The notes: generated by a model from the sequence alone, not told the origin. A stretch of DNA of 64,000 nucleotides from Ramazzottius varieornatus (GCA_001949185.1 BDGG01000004.1:583620-647619); one strand, 5' to 3'. Numbered from the stretch's first letter, positions 38,558 through 52,793 are shown. Numbers and translations are program-made.

Positions 38558-40555
38558 ATGGCAGACCTCCAGAATAGTGGCTTCTTTACCAGAAATCTCC
38601 GCAAGCCGTTCACGTCGATATCGTCGCCAGTCGGAGTGAGGCTGAACTGGAGTCGGAAAGCATCTGTCCCCGTCCCTTCGAACAAATCCCTTGTTTTTCA
38701 GCAGGGTCACAACATAAACTCAGGCAGGAAACCAGCAAAGCTGTCCACATTCCATCCTCAAGGTGTTCACAGGCACGAGACTGTTGCAGGAACGTCCGAA
38801 AGCCATGCAGGTAAGTACTTTCTCAACTGCCGCACAATATTCCTCACAGATCCTCCACGGTACTGCGTTATCGGGCCGAGCTATCAGTAGCGCATTTAGT
38901 TGTGTTATTTTCAGATTTGGCTATGGAAAGTGCTGGTTTGAATTGCCTCCTCATGCTTGCCACTACAGCAGATGGCGCGTCTACTAGTACAGCAGCCAGG
39001 GGCTTCAAAAGAAGTCCAGAAATGAAAGGAAAGAGAACAGCAAAGAACCCTTCAGCTAAAGTGATCGCGCGGTCCGACAAAAAGGACCATATGAAGTCGA
39101 GAAATATACCCGTCCTCACGGAAATAACGTCGCTTGGATCGCCGGCTGATTCCACAAGTCACGAAAGATTTCTTGATGAAGCGACGCGACTTTCAGCTGG
39201 ATCCGGCTCCGAGCAAGTTTGCGTCAAATCTTCCGGGGACCGTGAAGAAAGTACACTGTTGTTCTCCTCCACCGAAAACACACTCCTGCCTTCTCTGAAG
39301 ACTGCAGAGGAAAAAGACCTCCTGTCTGACATTTTCCGTCAATGGCAGAAAGAAATAAACGCTGAATACAGTCCGAAAGTCTCCGTGAAAAAGATGGCGA
39401 GGAAGAAGCTTGAAGCCGCAGTGAATAGGATCAAGCGGAAGTCTCCGGAGTCGGGTACTGACGACGAAAATGATGTGTCTGACTCTTCTGCTGAGCTACC
39501 TACCCTCATTGTCCATATGAATCATAGTACACTTGCGAAGCGCAGAGAAGTGTCTCCGCTGAGTACTACGCGACCTGTGAAGAAGAAGTTGAAAGAGAAG
39601 AAAGTGGTTCTTGAGGAAGAACTGGCGCTGCAAGACTTCCTGGACAAACTCCCAGGTTAGCATACGAAACTTTGTTACAAAAGTAAATCGACGTTGTAAA
39701 AGGATGTTTCTTCAGATAACCCATCGCATTGGAAGATCAACTACCAGGACAACATAAGAGGCTCCGGTGTTTATTCCCAGAAACGGGATTTTCGCATGGT
39801 GAGATTCACTAAAAAATCCAGACGAGAAAGATTTTTTCTGTGATTAGATTCTTTTTATCCAGATTTAAATGGTGGATGGTTGCAGAGGGAAAACGTATGT
39901 CATTATTGTGGCACGCAACGTAAAGCCAGACACCACTGCCTGATTCCATGTACTTTGTGTCATGGTGATGATCACCCGGTGAACAATTGCCCGTACAAAG
40001 ATACGGTTAAGACACTTGAATGTGCCCGGTGTAAGCTTCCCGGACACGTCGAAGCTGTTTGTCCTGAAATATGGCGACAGTTTCACAGCACGCTGAAACC
40101 TGGGATTCCTCTTAAACGTGGGACTCCAAACAAACCTACTGTACACTGTTTCAACTGCACCAAAAGCGACCACTTTGGCTTTGTAAGTCGGGAGAAAACT
40201 GAGTGAAAAAATTTCTCCAATCAGAGAAAGGTTTCAGTGTGTTTTTATCCTGTTTTAGGAATGTAAAAGGCGGCAATTTCACACACCCGCCTCCTCACTG
40301 GCCGTGTCGCATTACGATTCGCTCTCCGATCTGGAAATGGATGGTGTTGAGAACCCGCTGGACGAATACCACGAGTTCGTGAGGAACCATTTGACTGATG
40401 AAACCTCCGAATACCTGAGTGGTACTTACGAACAGAAGAAGAAAACCAACCGTCGGAAGCGACAAAGGAGGGTGGTGTCGGAGCCGGCTTTGGTTGGATC
40501 GCCGAAAACGAAGGCGCGGTGGCGCCGAAGCCGAAAAAGTTTTACGGCTGACTGA
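38558..40555 (+). CDS. ZCCHC7: Zinc-knuckle protein ZCCHC7/Air1-2-like (TRAMP subunit), 5 exons
   Basis: Several CCHC knuckles, with the CPEIWRQFH linker (Air IWRxY-like motif) followed by CFNC..H....C. Confidence 0.78.
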
Positions 40556-40579
40556 CATGTAAGGTTATCTCCCTAATAT

Positions 40580-41635
40580 CAGTGTGAGTTGACCATAGTG
40601 TACAGTGTACCAAAACATTAACCGTCAAAAATGGGTGATAGAAGGAGCCAGATGGAAATGGCCGATGGAATTTGCGCATGCGGCGAATCAAAACCGTTAT
40701 TGGTCACAGGATAATTAAGCTCCCGTCTAATTGTCACGCCCATTATCAACGGTTAATTTTTTGGTACACTGTAAAATGTGGATAGAGCAATAACAACGAA
40801 AACGTCGAACAACGGTCTGAACGCTGATTGGAGTAGGGGCAGAACAAGCCCGACACGCCCATGGGATCGGATGACGTCACGGTTTACTGAAAATGAACTA
40901 AAGTATTTATTTCCGAAACCGAAACCATGAAGCTCCGGCCCACCGTAATGGTTTGTGGTGCGTGAGAGCTCAGGCTTAATAGCGTTAGTGCGACAAGCAC
41001 AAGCTTACAGTGCACACGCACAAACAAAAGCAGAAAGTTCGTAAGTGCTTGTCGCACTCGTGCCGAAATCGTCTAGCTGTCATGCACCACGACACATGCG
41101 CCGTTCGGCGACGCGCACATGCATGAAAACAGGTTAGCGGGATATGACTCGGCTTAGATGTCCACTAACTTGCAACGGAAACACCCACAGAGCGGAGTAG
41201 AACAAAGGGAAAACTCTAGGGAAGAGTTGGCAGCAGAACAGACGGTGGCAGAAGAGGCCAGACAGGCGACAAGAGCGATGAAGGTGATGATGGGACAAGT
41301 CGAGGCTTCTTCGACAAGCCTGCAAGAAACAGACGGTTAGCTAGCAGATGGCCCAATCTCCACCGTCAAAGGCTCGAGCCAAGCACTTACTCGGTAAACA
41401 GAGGCGGAGGGATATAGGGGGGCTACAGGGGACGAAGATAGCAAGGGATGCGGGAGAGCGGGAAGATCTCGTAACCTGCCGGTAATCTGATGCAATTCAC
41501 CACCAGCGCTAATCAATAATCAAAAAATCAACCAGACCTATCGGCGACATAGCCTTGTTGCTGTGTTCGACGAAAGCTGGAGTTGATTTAGCTGTTGATT
41601 GATAGAACATTTTACACTATGGTCAACTCACACTG
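40580..41635. mobile_element. ~1-kb element with ~29-bp TIRs
   Basis: CAGTGTGAGTTGACCATAGTGTAAAATGT, with its inverse at 41607-41635. The left TIR is interrupted by a MITE. Confidence 0.75.
40603..40771. mobile_element. Tc1/mariner-type MITE nested in a TIR
   Basis: TIRs CAGTGTACCAAAA.ATTAACCGT with a TA duplication. Confidence 0.85.
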
Positions 41636-42813
41636 CTGATATTTCGAGTGCTCAGTCGGCTAGGCATCCCTCTGTACAGAAAAAGCATAAAACTGTTTTC
41701 ATTTTAATCTTGCCTTCATTTCCTTGAGTAGAACGCGGGCTACGTTCTACTGAACTTTAGTAACCATACAGTACTCGTACCTTAGTGACTGCCAAACGAT
41801 TGAAACGAGAAAGAATTGTACAGTATCGTTTTCTCAAAGTGGCGCACGCTTCTAGCCAATGACAACGAAGACGTGCGCCTTTTGAGATTACGGTCTTGGA
41901 CGTTTCGTTTCGTGTATGTACCGCAGACTTTCTGAGCACATCGATACGACATCGTTGCTCATCTAGAGTGGAAGAACCGTGCTGAACGAGGAATATCCAT
42001 GCACTGTGTGTAAATGTTTGTACTTTCGTGAGTCCGTTGGACCTCTGCGTATACATATGGGCACTTGAGATCCTGTACTAAGCTATAAGTGGGCAAAAGA
42101 CACCTCTACTGTGGGTATAGCGGGAAATTCAGCGCAGTTTTTTGGTTTTACTTCCTGGTGATGGTCTCTGGGTTTGTCCGTGTTGATATTTTCGAATTAT
42201 GGGGGTCTAAAATTTCAAGGACTCGTGCATTTGTTGGTTGCGTCGCTGCGTGTGCTCTACGAGGGCGAGTTTAGTTTCTTGTGTCGAGCGCAGCAGACTG
42301 ATCGGGCAACATCAATAAACAGTGAGTGTTCACACCCGGAATTCTTTTTATAATCCATCTTGGATACAATGGGCATGACTTTGACAATCTAGCTCCACCG
42401 TGGTAGGTGTGAAGTAAGTCAGCGTAAATCAACATGCGCTTGAATGAAAGGTGCTTTTGATGATGATGTCGATCACGGTGATCATGACCCAATCTCCCGT
42501 CTTGCATGTTTACTGTCCAAGTCCTACGGCCTAATGGAGAACATTAACGAAGCAGTTTAATGGAGGTTTCTACGAGAAGTTAAGGGTGATGAATGACGGG
42601 GCTCGTCAGCGGTTGTAGCAATCTGAAACCAAATGATAATGTCCTCGGTGGTATTGTCCCTCGTTAACCGGCACACCTGAAGGATCCACAGCACCACTCG
42701 AAGTCCTTTCACCAAGCACGGTAAGTAAGCGGACTGAACTTCCCTGTCGGTTTTTCGGTCTTATGATCGTTAGAAACCGTTATCTTTCTTTTCCAGGCCT
42801 TTTCCTTTACAAC

Positions 42814-45800
42814 ATGGGATTCCACAGCACTGTCGTCCTCTTCGCGATTTTGCAATATGGGACTCCCGCCTACGCAGGTAAGAAAGCCAATGATGCTTAC
42901 AATTCAGAATTAAAATTATAAAAACAAAAAGTAGAAAGTTTATCTGTACGCGTACAGTTATTCTCGACGATATGAACTTTTTTGTGAGATTTGGGCTTGC
43001 ACGACGAAATTCTAGGCCATGTGGTTTTTTAAGTGGGATATTTCTGTTGGGTATTTTGGCCTGTAGGGAGTCGTTAAAGTTTATTGTGAGTAGAAAGGGT
43101 AATATAATTTGGTTCCGGCTGGATGAGAGGGCGTGTATGTAACATGTCAAGTCTTTTTCTTGATAAGATGAATATGATGGCTCGTGGGTAAATTTAGTGT
43201 GCAATAAACGCGTTTTGCGGATGTATCATTCAAAGCTGATGCACTCATCAAGGCGATATCCTTGGCACATTGCCGGCATTAAAACTGAATGAATAGTGTC
43301 TAATTTACTCAAGAAATTCCCCGAAGCCTTTCCAACATCCTCTCCGTCACGTTCAAGCTTTCTTGATATCTTCCAAAACATAAAGAACCTCGCATAACAC
43401 CTTGAGCAAAACTGGTTCCATCTGATGACGACACCGGATAGAATGGAGACGAAAATTGCGGCACTGAGAACAAATTCGAATTGGTCCATCAATCATCTTT
43501 ACTGTCAGACGAACACTGCTATTAGAAATATTCTTAAACATTCGAGTGCTGTAAATATTCGCTGCGTCCGCGCAGTACGTCATCATAAAAGTGAAATACA
43601 GCCCCGGTCTGGTCTCACGGAGTGCGCAACCCCCTACGGGGGTGCATCGTCACGTACGTGTACGTACTGCGCGGACGCAGCGAATATTTACAGTAATTAT
43701 GTTCGTAGTATTTAGGAGGCCGGCAAACATCCTCAGGATGATCGTCGTCTCAAGTGGCGCACAGTTCCAGTTAATAACAACGAAAAGTACGCCACTTGAA
43801 ATAGTAGCCATTCCAAATTGTTTGCCAGTCTCTCATTTTGCCAAAATGATTTTTTTTGGCATCCAGGAAAAAGCTTGGCTTGTTTCGTGGTCGTGATCCA
43901 GTTCGTAGTCGATTGAATTGGTCTGGGTTTTTGTCTGTAGAGGGCGCCGATATTTGCCAGCCGAATCCGTGCATGAACGGCGGGCTTTGTTACGAAGTTG
44001 GTTCTTCGCTTTCCAAAGACCCAATGAGCAGTTGTCCGGAAGATTTCTTCGAAGTCAGCGGGAAGTGTTACACGCTGGTAGCCAGTAAGAAGACATGGTT
44101 GGATGCGTCCATGTACTGCAGTCGAGTGGCCGCCAGCGGTGGTGCTTTAGCCAGCCTGACGCTACGTGATTTCCAGTCCGGCAAGCTGGTCACTGCGCTG
44201 GCTCAGCAAGAAAATGCAGGTATGATCCTCTCGAACTTTAAACACTTGAAAACACTGTCAGCAATGCATAAGTGATAACATGGTCTTTGCAACGGACAGT
44301 GTTTCTTTCGGATCGGTCAACGCTAAAACATTACTTTTTTTGAGATTTGATTGTTAAGTACCCAATTCAAAATTTGATTACTGTACATAAAGTAGAAAAC
44401 CGGCGAATTTGTATGAATTAACTGGGTATATCTTAACTTCTCAAGCTGGAAGTCATGGCTGACTTACTGTACAAGTTACATTACGAGGTAAACGACATAA
44501 TTCGGGCATATTGATTTTCGCACCATAATTCGGGCAACGCGAAATATTGCCTTCAACGCTTGATTCATCCCTTATCGTACGTGTTTTGATAAAACATTAG
44601 GCTTTTTAACATTGGACAGACCCATCTCTATCCCACGTGATTTCCGTAATCTACAACGCTTTCCGTTCTCAAACCTATTGAAACCTCGAGGAGAGGGATC
44701 AGTCTACCTCAGGAAATAAGAAGCGGTTCATTACGCGCAGCAGGAGCTGAGAAAAAATATGCCCGAATCACGAGTGAAAATCTCCTATGCCCGAATTAGG
44801 TCGTTTACCTCGTACCTAGTTGTCAAACAATAAAAATATATATCTGTCGATATGGGGGAAACTCAAAAGTTGTTTTCTCCCGAATTTTCGTCAAGAAGTT
44901 TACCCAAACGAGTCGATCTGATTTGCAGCTCAAAGCAGAGTATTCTGGGTGCGCAAGAGCAAATCATCGGAACGATATGGCCAGACCGAAAACTACCGAT
45001 TTCCTTCACACAATGCAAAAGCAGCGACCACAGAATGCCTCGCCGGGACCTGGAACGCGTCAAGTGCCGCGTTAGACGTCAACAGTAACACGCTGTGTAG
45101 TACACAATTGCCGTTTATTTGTGAAGTGTCCACGAACCCATCAACTACGAGACGTGCGAAGAAGAATTCTGCACAAGACATGCGCGACAACAATGGTGGT
45201 CGCGAACAACGGAAGTATCAGTGCCAATGTCAACTTCGCTACAACGGCGTCCAGTGCGAAAACGAACTCGAAAATGGAGGTTCGTCCACCAACCTACACT
45301 TTGTTGTTATTTTGCCCAGAGTAAATAAAGATGATTTTAGCCGGTACCTTTGCAATAAACCCAGCCAGCTAATCTAGATTTTAAGAAGAGATCGATTCTG
45401 CAATTTTTTCTACGATTTTTCCTGCTCCTTACTGTTCTCATGCATTACTGGGCTTTTTCTTCGCAGTGGGTAACTACGGTGCCGGACTTCGTTGCACTCC
45501 AGACTTACTCCCCCTCTCCTGTTCGTCCAACTCCCGGCTAGAGATCGAATACGCCATGTACGGCCAGATTCTCAACCAACGCAATGTCTGCACATCGTAC
45601 CCTTCCACCACCGAACTGGCCATCTTCAACCCGCTCTGCACCGCACCCTCCGCACTTCCCTGGCTCAAGACTCAATGCCACGGTCGTCCCACCTGCATCA
45701 TTCGACCAAACCTCACCGACCTTCCTGTTCCGCCGTCCTGTGCCTACATGTCTTCTACTCAGTTTCAGTACCGTTACCGTTGTGTGAACGACCAACAAAT

Positions 45801-48800
45801 GTGCGGTCCTAACCAGATCTTCATCGACAACAGCTGCTACGAAATCTTCATCAAGTATACGGCGTCTTGGGACGAGGCGCGCATGTTCTGTACGCAGTAT
45901 GCTGGTGAGCTAGCGAGTATGCTTTCACCGGATACCGAAGCTATACTGAGTACCAAAGTGAACAGAAGCAGCGCTAGCTCGCAGGTATGGTTGAACTACC
46001 GACACAAGGGCGAAGAGGAACCCGAAATCTTTGACGACCCTCTGCTTAACCCCAATACTTCGATGCCCGCTGAGAAAGCCTTCCCGGCCAGTGAAGAACA
46101 AAAATCAGATAGCAGATTGAAACGCGACACGTTGGAAGATACATGTATGACATTGGCCATTAACAGCAGAACGAGAGATAGGTCATGGGCTGGCAAGTAT
46201 GAGCTGGTGCACTGTCATCGGAAATTCGGCTGGGTTTGTCGGTTTCCGGTTGTGAATGTTTCTTCGGAGGACGACCCCAACGGTGGCAGTTTAAAGGAGA
46301 AGAAAGAGAATAAGACGGCTAGCATTCAACCACGGGCAGTTCGTTCGACGACGCTGGTGACAGATGCTTCGGCGCTGTTGACAACGACGAAGAGCAGTGT
46401 GATGATTGATGGCAACATGGGCTTCACTTTCCCGTCTTCGTTGTACACTCTCAACAGTACAAAGAATTTTCATCCGTTGCCCATTACAAAGATTACTCCA
46501 ATACCGGTCTTTACGTTGGACTTCCCCGAGCTGACCATGCCTCCGAGGATAACGCAGATTCCGGAGATATCGAAGCGGACCTTCTTCCCGCCGGTCTTTG
46601 AACCCCAGAAGACCTTTCCGCGGAAGGGACTGGATGTGAAAAGTACGACACCGCTGTCGGTTGAGAAAGAACGGGCGGCATGTGAGCAAACAATCGCTAA
46701 TGGACAAACATGGCAGAAAGCCGAAGTGGGCACTTTTGTGGCACATGCCTGTGATAACGGCAACTGGACGCAGCCGTTGGATGATGGAGTGATCAACATG
46801 GTGCGGAATGGTGTCATCATTGAAACCCCCGATCAAGTGGCGCTTTTTGACGACAGTGCCACCAAATACCCCTACGGTAGGCTAGAAAAGTGGCGCTTTA
46901 TCCCCTTCGCTCATCTTGCTGAAATGCCATTGCTCAAATAATTATATTCGCAAAATAATTGTATCTTGAAGTTTTATTCGAACCTTTCTCGAAAGAACCG
47001 TATAACATTTTGACCTTGTCTGAATTTCTACATTCCGTGTCCGGTTGTTTTAGGTTTCGCTTTCTGGACATGTGCAAATACCACAGTCGGTCCACAGTAC
47101 CTTCCAAAGTCCGGTCCTGTTACCAAGCTTTGCGAAGAAGCACAGATTATGGCGCACCGAGACCTGGTGGTGACCACCAAGCAGCCGACGACGATGAGAG
47201 CCAATGCGATGGCTGAACACACGGCAACATCAGACGGTCTGAGCGGGACGGAGATTCTTCGTTCGGTGGACACCTTATCGTCGTTGTTGATGCAGCAAAT
47301 GGAGGAGAACCAAGTGGCTACGATGAGAAGAGACTACGACCCGGCAAAGTCCGCCAACGAGACTGAAGTGTTTGTCCAGTTGATGACAGACAGTGTCAGC
47401 AACATGCTGATGGATAAACATACACCGGGCTGGAATGAACTGCGACCTGGTATGTAAACTCGAGCGTTCCTCCAGCGAAGTGCCAAGGCTGGTTTACGCA
47501 ATGGGTACATTTGGACATTCCAGTGAAAGCCTATGGGGGCTTGGCTCGATACACATTCTGAAAAGATAAGTTCTAAATTGGTTTTTTTCCACAGACGAAA
47601 GATCCGAAGCAGCGACGGGACTGATTCGTACTACCGAAGACTCGGCTGCAATGTTGGCTACGACAACCGAGCACCGGCAGAAAAGAATTAATGCTGATAA
47701 TATTGGTGCGTTCCACAACCTTCGACTGACACTGTCTTGCTACGTGGTATACTCTATGGTTCCCACAACAGGTGCCGCCCGAGTTATGTTTCTTTTGCAC
47801 GATTATTTTCAGATATGAAAGTCAACGTTTTGGCCGACATGATAACTTCCACCGACGACCTCGAAGATCTAACCTTCTTGGCCAGAAATCTCGAACCCCC
47901 ATCGCGCTCCTCCACGGACACTGTTGCTCTGCCAAGGTCCATACAGTCCTACAAGGATGTTGATGGGAAAGTCCGCCTGGTCTTTGTCCAGTATAGCCCG
48001 AGCTTGTCGCTCCTTCTGTCCAACACATCCTCCAACCTGTACGTTCACCCCTTCTCTGGTCTCTACTAAGCGATAGACAACGTTCGATTTATACATTCAA
48101 TATTTTACAGGTCGGATTGGAACACCCTGGTGAATGTGACCGGCTTCGTCAACTCGCGCATCGTGGCTGCCGGTGTCGTTCAGGCCAGCCAAGTGCGCAA
48201 CGGTATCCAGCTGGGAAACGACATGGTGACGGTCGTCTTAGCCCATACATATGCCGGAGGCACCAGCCCGCGATGTGTTTTTTGGAACATGGGCAATGGC
48301 ACAAAGGGTTCTTTCTGGGATGAGACCGGATGTGCAGTATCGGCTACCAACGACACGCATACCGTCTGCCAATGCAATCATCTCACAAACTTCGCTGGTA
48401 AATTAACTTATATTGTGACAAACAGGGAAAAGAGGCGGTAAGATGTCTAAAGTTGTCCCTTTTAGTTTTGATGGACCTGACGGGGAAGCTGTCAACGCTG
48501 GACAAAGCTAACCGTTTAGCTTTGAATATCATTTCCTACATTGGTTGCGTCATATCCATTGTCTGCTTGGGGCTTTCTTTAGCAATCTTCACCTTCTTCC
48601 GGTACGTTTGTGCAACGACGTGTTTTTCGAAGGACTTATTGCGTTTGTCATCTTTCAAATTACTGTACTATTGTAGGCAGCTATGGTGCGATCGCGTGAC
48701 GATCCATCGGAATTTGTGCTTTTGTCTGCTGACTGCCCAGTTCGTGTTCGTTTTGGGCATCGATCGGGTGCACAATCAGGTATCACTGCAGCAGTTCAAT

Positions 48801-50381
48801 ACGCTCTTTGAAAATTTTAGACTGAACGAAATCTTGGATAAATTGTTAGAAATACCATGTTGGAGGTGCTGAACTTTATAATAGGCGTGCTTGAGCTATC
48901 TTTATACTTTTCACAACATTCATGGCTAGAGAACGCTCGGCGAAGCAAAAGTAAGAATTTTCGCCGTTCTTGGCCACGGCGAAAATCGGCGAAAAAAGCA
49001 TGATGTGCCTGGTTGGTTGTTTGATCAAAACCGTTTTCCCCGTGGCGAAAAATATTGTTTGCGTCGCCGAGCCTTGTCTAGTTAGGGCAGTTCCGCGTCA
49101 GTATAATATTGGGGATGTTTCATCCTTATTTGCGCGGTTTTGCTGGGACATGTTCTAACGTGAGATTTCCCGCAGATCGGATGTGCCATCACAGCTGGCA
49201 TTCTCCACTACACTCTCCTTGCCGCCTTCGCCTGGATGCTCTTAGAAGGTGTGCAGCTTTACCTGATGTTCGTCCAAGTTTTCGAGTCAGAAGAATCGCG
49301 TCGAGTGTACTACTACACCTTCGGTTATGGGTTCCCGGCAGTCATCGTGGCTGTTGCGGCTGGCATCCGACCTGATCACTATGGAACTGAAAAATAGTAG
49401 GACAGTCCATTCACTGTTTTGTATCTTCTTCGAATGGTCTAAAATTAGTAACCATGCTCGCAGCTGCTGGCTTCTTCCGGCCGATGGTTTCGTGTGGAGC
49501 TTTGTGGGACCAGTGACAATCGTTATCGCCAGCAATATGGTTTTCCTGACTAGAGCTTTACTGGTCGTCTTCCGCGCCCAAGGTCCGAGTCAGGTCAACC
49601 GAATGAGGAACCTGCGCGGGCGGTTGCGCGGATCGGTAATGCTGCTGTGTCTACTGGGAACCACGTGGCTCTTCGGGTTCCTGTACATTGACAACACCAC
49701 GACCATTATTTTCGCCTACGTCTTTACAATACTCAACAGCCTTCAGGTAAGACATTACCCTTCCCCTAAAGTGCCATCGTGGACCTCGGCTTTGTACACG
49801 ATTATTTTTATGTCGTTTTCAGGGTCTGTTCATCTTCTTGTTCCATTGTGTGATGAATGAGAAAGTGTTCGCAACAGTGCAACGTTACGTCAGGAGATGC
49901 GCATGGTGTCCCAACTGCTGCAAGCAGTGCATTGGCACTCCACCAGCGTCCTCGTCGTCCGGCTCAAACTCGAAATCGTCGCTCAAAGAAAATAATCAGG
50001 TATCAAAACCAACAGAACGAGCGTACAATTATCAGCGACCAGAAAAGCGTTTGTTCGTCTGTCACATATATTGTGATGCCGGCTTACTGGTCTTTATCAC
50101 AATTTGCACATTCATTTACCGCCTGTCTTCTACGTTGCTTTCAGGGTCGTCAGCGCAGAACTAGCGCAGTGCTATGGAACTTCCTGAAAAACCATGGAGG
50201 ACAACGCCTGTCGCTGGACTCTGCCGACACGGCGCAGTTCCCGGTTCGAAAAACCAACAGTGACAGTGACGGTTGGAGTAAATCATCCTCCTACCGGAGC
50301 CACAATGGTTTCGGCAAATTTGGGCAGAAACAACCGCCGAAAGTCGTCACTGATCCGGGGATCAACGTTAGCAATGTCTAA
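42814..50381 (+). CDS. Latrophilin-like adhesion GPCR (signal, EGF/C-type lectin, rhamnose-binding lectin, C-type lectin, HRM, GAIN/GPS, 7TM)
   Basis: Signal exon 42814-42877. RBL motif [30 protein letters not shown]|TNFAVLM. Secretin-like 7TM motifs IH.NLC, WMLLEG, WSFVGP and LNSLQG. Confidence 0.9.
43549..43693. mobile_element. 145-bp palindromic MITE in an adhesion-GPCR intron
   Basis: Perfect 32-bp inverted repeat CTGTAAATATTCGCTGCGTCCGCGCAGTACGT. Confidence 0.75.
44484..44812. mobile_element. pogo-type MITE (intronic)
   Basis: TIR CGAGGTAAACGAC.TAATTCGGGCAT with a TA duplication. A diverged inverted copy lies at 60998-61324. Confidence 0.88.
48927..49080. mobile_element. Short hAT-like MITE (intronic)
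   Basis: Imperfect TIRs TAGA.AA.GCTCGGCGA.GCAAA and internal GGCGAAAA repeats. No clear TSD. Confidence 0.55.
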
Positions 50382-50662
50382 GTAATACGCCCAACGTTCG
50401 GGGAAGATACCTACATCCCTTTGTTGATACTTGCACGCTTCTAGTCAATTTTTAATTCAGCCGCCCATAATTCTTCAGACTGTGGAGGAACAGAAATCTC
50501 AAGTTTTGTGCATGCTTTCTGCACAGCTTCAATATTATTTTTTTATCACAGCACGAATATCTTCCAGACAATCCAGTTTTATGAACAATGCACAAAACAA
50601 TATATATCTGCTAGAATAATTTACGGAAGCAATTACGGTAGAAAGACAGTTGTGAGCATTCT

Positions 50663-52591
50663 TCACCGGTGCCGGTGCAGCACTTCTTGGCAGTACTTGT
50701 ACTCATTTGTACCGGTATCAAGTCTACTGGAATACTCTTCCAGCTTGCTGAAATCTTTCAACGCAGCCAGAGTATCTATAATAACACTGTGACACTTGCA
50801 TTTCCTAGCACAGTGTAACCTGGTTTCAGGCTCATCGATCAGGCGGAGGTAGTAAGCCAGAACATCCGGTGGTGAAGAATTCCGAATCAGGATATCCACA
50901 ACCTGCAAAACAAACTTGACCTCAGATGCCCAACGTTACGACTTTTAGCGATATTACTGGTGGTCCCTATCTTCGACCTACACTGAGTTGAACAAAAAAA
51001 ACCGACCATTCCTAGTTCCGTTCAGAACAACAGAATAAGTTTCAAGATTTCAGATCTTGACTCGATTCTATTTTCGAATGAAAGGCGACGGTCCGGCAGT
51101 AGTCTCGCCGTGTTTCTACGTACTTTCTCAAAGCCTATGAGGGCTTTCGGCTTGGGTGCGCCAAACCAGCCCGTTCGGTCAGTCAGCAGACTCTGAATTT
51201 CCGTCCACTTCTGGGTCTTCGACAGCGCGTCCAACGCGGTCCACAGGTACTGCTTCTCACCCATTGCGAAGGTCTTCCGTAGAAAGTGCGGACTACAGAA
51301 GTTTGTCTCGGGTTTGTCGAAGTGGTACATGCAGCAGTAGAACAGGGTCTGTATGAGGGACATACCCAGCAGGCTCTTCCGAGGGAACTGGATGAAGAGC
51401 TCGGTCTTGCCTTCGCGTGCGAGTCTTTCGTCGTGTTCTTCGATTGGTCTCTGGATCTCCATCAAGGATCTGTACCTTTTCACGTTGGTCAGCTCGGAGA
51501 ACTTCTGATGGGCGGGTGAGAGGGCGGGAAGACGCCTAATGGTTGCGTCGAGTTGCTTTAGCCGTTGCTCCATGGTCGGAGACTCGACGGCTAATTTTAG
51601 CTGCAGGATTGTGGCTTCCTCTACGACCAAAGCAATCAAACAAAGTAAGGTAAATTGCTATACGTCGATTCACGCAGTCAGGTACTTAGAACGATGTGAT
51701 GCAACGCCAAAAGTCGCGTGGTCTGCGTGTTGGTTCAAAACGGACCTTACCTGTGCGATCTACGTTCTGGAGCAAGTTCAAGCATTCCTCAGACCTTCCG
51801 TCTTCTTCGAGGTACGTCACGTACTGATCGACGGCGTCAGGTTTCCTGGACATTTCTTCAAAGAACAGCGTCTCGCTGACGGTGTTTTTCAGATGGAGAA
51901 TAGCCACAAGAATGGCGTTGGTGTCGTGAAGGTTCAACGAGTAGTCCAACAGGGCGATCTTCTCATCAAGGCTCCTGTAATGTTCCAAGTTATACGTCTT
52001 ATTCTGCACGATTCTCCAGACCATATCTTTGGGGGAAATCTTGATCCATTGGTCCTTGCCCGTGACGAAGTCCAGACTCTTTCGAATGTGGGACAGTTCG
52101 GAGTTGACGTGGGAATGCGTCGAGGAAGATGACGACTTCCGGGTAAGCGTTAACGTGTCATTTGAAGCTGATTGTTGATTGCCTGGTTTGGCTAATACGA
52201 CTTTAGTTGATTTGCTGCTTGAGATGATGGATGATGTTGGTGAAAATTTACTCTTTGGTGGGCTTTCTGGCTTTGTCTGGTTACTTTTTCTGGTGATTGA
52301 CAGGAAGGAAGACTCTTTCGCAGGTTGTAGCGTGATCGATTTGGGCTCATCTTCAGCGTAGTTGCGAAGAGAGCCACCGGAAGTGATGCTGAGTCGATCC
52401 ACCTCGGAGGTTGTCAGATCGAGGCTGTAGTTGGACGATTCTGGCTCGACCTCACGAGGCGCAGGGGCACCAGTTGCAGTAAACATACGCGAGATATGGC
52501 CCCCTTCTCCTTCGTTTGCATCGTCGAAGCTGAAGACCTTGCTGTGGGATACGGACGAGTTCCAGTAATCCTCACCTTCCTCGTCAGCCAT
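50663..52591 (-). CDS. VIPAS39: VIPAS39/SPE-39 (VPS33B-interacting protein), 3 exons
   Basis: Motifs DYWNSS..FSFDD, LEHYRSLDEKIALLD..D.NAIL, TLFYCCMYHF, KQYLWTAL.ALSK and IGFEKVV.IL. Confidence 0.9.
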
Positions 52592-52793
52592 CGCTAACAA
52601 GTATCAAACTTCAAAACAGCAACTAGCTTGGCTCTACACCCTCGCCATTAGGATCATTGAGGATCATCGATGGGTGCTCGGGAAGTGGAATGGATGAGAT
52701 GATTCGAAATTTATGGCGCTGATCTCCATAAAAATGAAAGCAGGAGTGCAAGAAAAATCCATAAAATCGGACAATCAAGAGTGCAACTTTCAA

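Noticed and set aside
43226-43492. Possible hAT transposase fragment ([15 protein letters not shown]), likewise LQAEHTSILSRFYP near 26300
   Set aside because: The similarity is too short to call without a database search.
46833-46935. Two further AAGTGGCGC arms
   Set aside because: One is exonic with the wrong spacing and the other has a very degenerate right arm, so neither was counted in the N25 family.
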